Source: an uncultured delta proteobacterium (lineage in GTDB: Bacteria; Desulfobacterota; Binatia; UBA9968). From it: a stretch of DNA of 64,000 bases. Of the stretch, positions 61,899 through 64,000 are shown piece after piece. Made by a program: the position numbers and the translations under genes. Under the pieces are notes generated by a model. That model was not told the DNA's origin and did not search any database. It saw only the letters and a list, made by a program, of their open reading frames with translations. How positions within the stretch are numbered: position 1 is the first letter of the stretch; each line of letters begins with the position of its first letter. The DNA lies in contig CAVUZH010000015.1 of assembly GCA_963745835.1 (NCBI GenBank), positions 160,001 through 224,000 on the forward strand, in the 5' to 3' direction.

Positions 61899-62016
61899 GA
61901 AACTTTTCTTCCAAACGTGGCGAGATTCGGAGGTGACGGTGCGGGATCAGCCATTCTGCGCAGATCGATACCGCTCTCTAAAGATCACCGCGGATCTGTT
62001 TTCGCGGTTGGCTCGA

Positions 62017-62706
62017 CTACACGTCCCATCCCTTGACGGAAATGTCAACGCCGTTGCCTTCGGGATCGTGAAGTCGCACTTCAGCAAACGGAATGCGGCT
62101 GGGGCGGGCAGCGCCGCGGCGAATCCCCGCCTTTTCGGCGCGATCGCGGATCTGCTCGAGGTCATCTACGTGGAAACCGAAATGGTTAAACCCATTCTTT
62201 TCCTCACGCACTCGCTGGTACAGAAGCGCGAGATTAAAATAGCCATCCGAAACGAAGATCGACGAGCGATCGCTGTGCGCGACTTCCTTCATGCCAAACG
62301 CATCGCCGTAAAAATTCGACAGTCGTTTGGGATCGGCGGTGTAAAGCGCGATATGCCGTATGGGATAGCGGGTTTTCTCCGGCGCCAGACCGAAGTCTTT
62401 GGTCGTAAGATCGATCAGATTCTGATCAGGGTCAGCCACCTGAGCCTCGCTTTGCGGCGAAGCCTGCCCGCCCTTTTCTGATTTCTGCGCAACCTTGCCC
62501 AGATCTTCGACTTGAAAGCCGCTGGCGTGGAGTCCCGTGGAATCTTCCTTACTCTCTTTGAGGAAGGCAAGGGTGAACACGCCGTCCGAAAGACGAACCA
62601 ACTCGGGATCGTCCGTGACGGTTTTCAGTTCGAAAACCGAACGGTAAAAATCCGCAACGCGGCTGGGCTCTTGCGCTTTGATCGTGAGACAACGTAGCTG
62701 AGACAT
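62017..62706 (-). CDS. VOC (glyoxalase-like) protein with two domains
   Basis: Repeated FY..F..SDG.F.LA..H.GF.V.D..DP.GN pattern. Confidence 0.88.
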   Translation of the reverse strand: MSQLRCLTIKAQEPSRVADFYRSVFELKTVTDDPELVRLSDGVFTLAFLKESKEDSTGLHASGFQVEDLGKVAQKSEKGGQASPQSEAQVADPDQNLIDLTTKDFGLAPEKTRYPIRHIALYTADPKRLSNFYGDAFGMKEVAHSDRSSIFVSDGYFNLALLYQRVREEKNGFNHFGFHVDDLEQIRDRAEKAGIRRGAARPSRIPFAEVRLHDPEGNGVDISVKGWDV

Positions 62707-62753
62707 AAATCCTCCTTGATCCCTGGATCAGGGCTCCCGGTCATGGCGGCTGA

Positions 62754-64000
62754 TCATCGCGGTGCCACGAGTATTTCGTCACGCGGAAAGTAGTCCATGA
62801 TCTCCGCGCCGTTTTTTGTTACCACTAGCATGTTTTCCAAGCGCGCGCCGCCGACTCGGGTCTCTCCCTCGCGGGATTCCACCGCGATGGTCATGCCTTC
62901 TTCGAGAAGCTGCGGATGCTCGAATGACCACAACCGGTTGATGATCGGAGCGTCGTAACCGGTGCTGGTGCCAAGCCCTATGCCGTGGCCGATCTCGCTG
63001 GCGAGCACTTCGACTTCGCTCTTATAGCCCCACTTGCTCGCAGGTGGAAAATGCTTCGCCGCATCCGCTGTCGTCTTGCCCGGCTTGATCTCTTCGATCA
63101 CCGCATCGAGGCGCTCGCGAACTTCTTTATACCAATCTTTTTCTTTGGCCATCGGATCGCGGCCGACCATAAAGGTCCGGTAGGTGCAACTGCCATAACC
63201 CATGTAAGTGGCGCCGCAGTAGGAGCCGTACACCAGGTCGCCGACCTGGATGATACGATTGGTTGCATGACAGCCGCGATCGAAAGTCATCGGCCCGCTC
63301 CGCCAACCTCCCGGCACCGCAGCTTCCAAACCGATCTGATAGCCTGCGCTGGCCCCGACAGTCATTAGATCCGTATCTCGCATTCCCGGCTTCAAATTTT
63401 CCCAAATTCGATACCAGACGCCATCGACCATTGCCGCGCAGGTCTTCAAGCAACTGATCTCATCCTGATTTTTAACCATGCGGGCTTCGAGCAGGAGCTG
63501 CCGTGTGTCGACGATGTTTTTAACGCCGGCATTGACCAACGCTTCGCGCGCATTGCCGTCGAAGCTGCCTAATCCCAGTTTCTCGCCAAGCAGCCCGCGT
63601 TTCTCGAGCTCGGTTTTGATTTCCGCCGCAAAAGCTTTGGCCTCCGCCGCGCAGGCTTCCGGACCCGGCGAACCGGTGAGCCAGGACCGCGCCGGGCGCC
63701 ACTCTTTGATCCAGGGGCATTGGTCCGGCATCTGATGATAGTAACCATTATGCTCGTACATCACCGCATCGTGCTCGGCAAAAAACAGCACGTAACGGCA
63801 CATGGGATAGGCAAAACCCTTAAGCGCGGTGAGATAACGAATATTGTGGTGATTGGCTTCGAGCAGCGCGGCGATGCCGTATTTGCGCATCAGCATTTGC
63901 GCGCGTTCAACCCGCTGCCGGCGCATACGATCGGGATTGAATCGCTCCTGCCAATCCGCTGCTTCGGGACCGAACGTCAACTTGGCTGCGTAATTAGGCA
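62754..64000 (-). CDS. M24 family (aminopeptidase P/creatinase-like) protein; start codon cut at window edge
   Basis: NIRYLT, RMVKNQDEI, GHGIGL and GARLENMLVVT motifs; frame extends to (A)TG CCT AAT at 64000. Confidence 0.9.
   Translation of the reverse strand, partial: PNYAAKLTFGPEAADWQERFNPDRMRRQRVERAQMLMRKYGIAALLEANHHNIRYLTALKGFAYPMCRYVLFFAEHDAVMYEHNGYYHQMPDQCPWIKEWRPARSWLTGSPGPEACAAEAKAFAAEIKTELEKRGLLGEKLGLGSFDGNAREALVNAGVKNIVDTRQLLLEARMVKNQDEISCLKTCAAMVDGVWYRIWENLKPGMRDTDLMTVGASAGYQIGLEAAVPGGWRSGPMTFDRGCHATNRIIQVGDLVYGSYCGATYMGYGSCTYRTFMVGRDPMAKEKDWYKEVRERLDAVIEEIKPGKTTADAAKHFPPASKWGYKSEVEVLASEIGHGIGLGTSTGYDAPIINRLWSFEHPQLLEEGMTIAVESREGETRVGGARLENMLVVTKNGAEIMDYFPRDEILVAPR

Overview
64 kb of GC-rich bacterial chromosome. 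Gene content (amidohydrolase, LLM, TAXI-TRAP, thiolase/DUF35 and CoA-transferase genes, plus a deltaproteobacterial-style dcw cluster) suggests a Binatia/Deltaproteobacteria-like organism; this is inference only. 1-16.3 kb is a minus-strand dcw operon (mraZ-STAS-rsmH-ftsL-ftsI-murE-murF-mraY-murD-ftsW-murG-murC-murB-ftsQ-ftsA-ftsZ') with no ddl and an atypical STAS gene coupled to rsmH. Next come RNase P RNA, a decayed RNase HI remnant missed by the ORF track, and a C4 zinc-ribbon gene. 25.8-34.9 kb is a decaying polysaccharide/sulfate-activation island (intact cysD-cysNC among broken wecB, nucleotide-sugar dehydrogenase and LysR genes) bracketed by two homologous EamA 3' ends. The rest is catabolic, transport and envelope genes: two exported SlyD-like PPIases, a TAXI-TRAP with twin binding proteins, a protease-FHA pair, a creatinase-like M24 enzyme and a sigma54-preceded small Zn protein. 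Three families of short palindromic repeats occur. Single-base frameshifts in essential murB/murC/murG point to assembly indel errors, so single-frameshift pseudogene calls are unreliable here. No CRISPR, prophage, transposase, tRNA or rRNA was seen. No single complete novel system can be proven from sequence alone; the best candidates are the non-canonical STAS in the dcw operon and the protease-FHA module.
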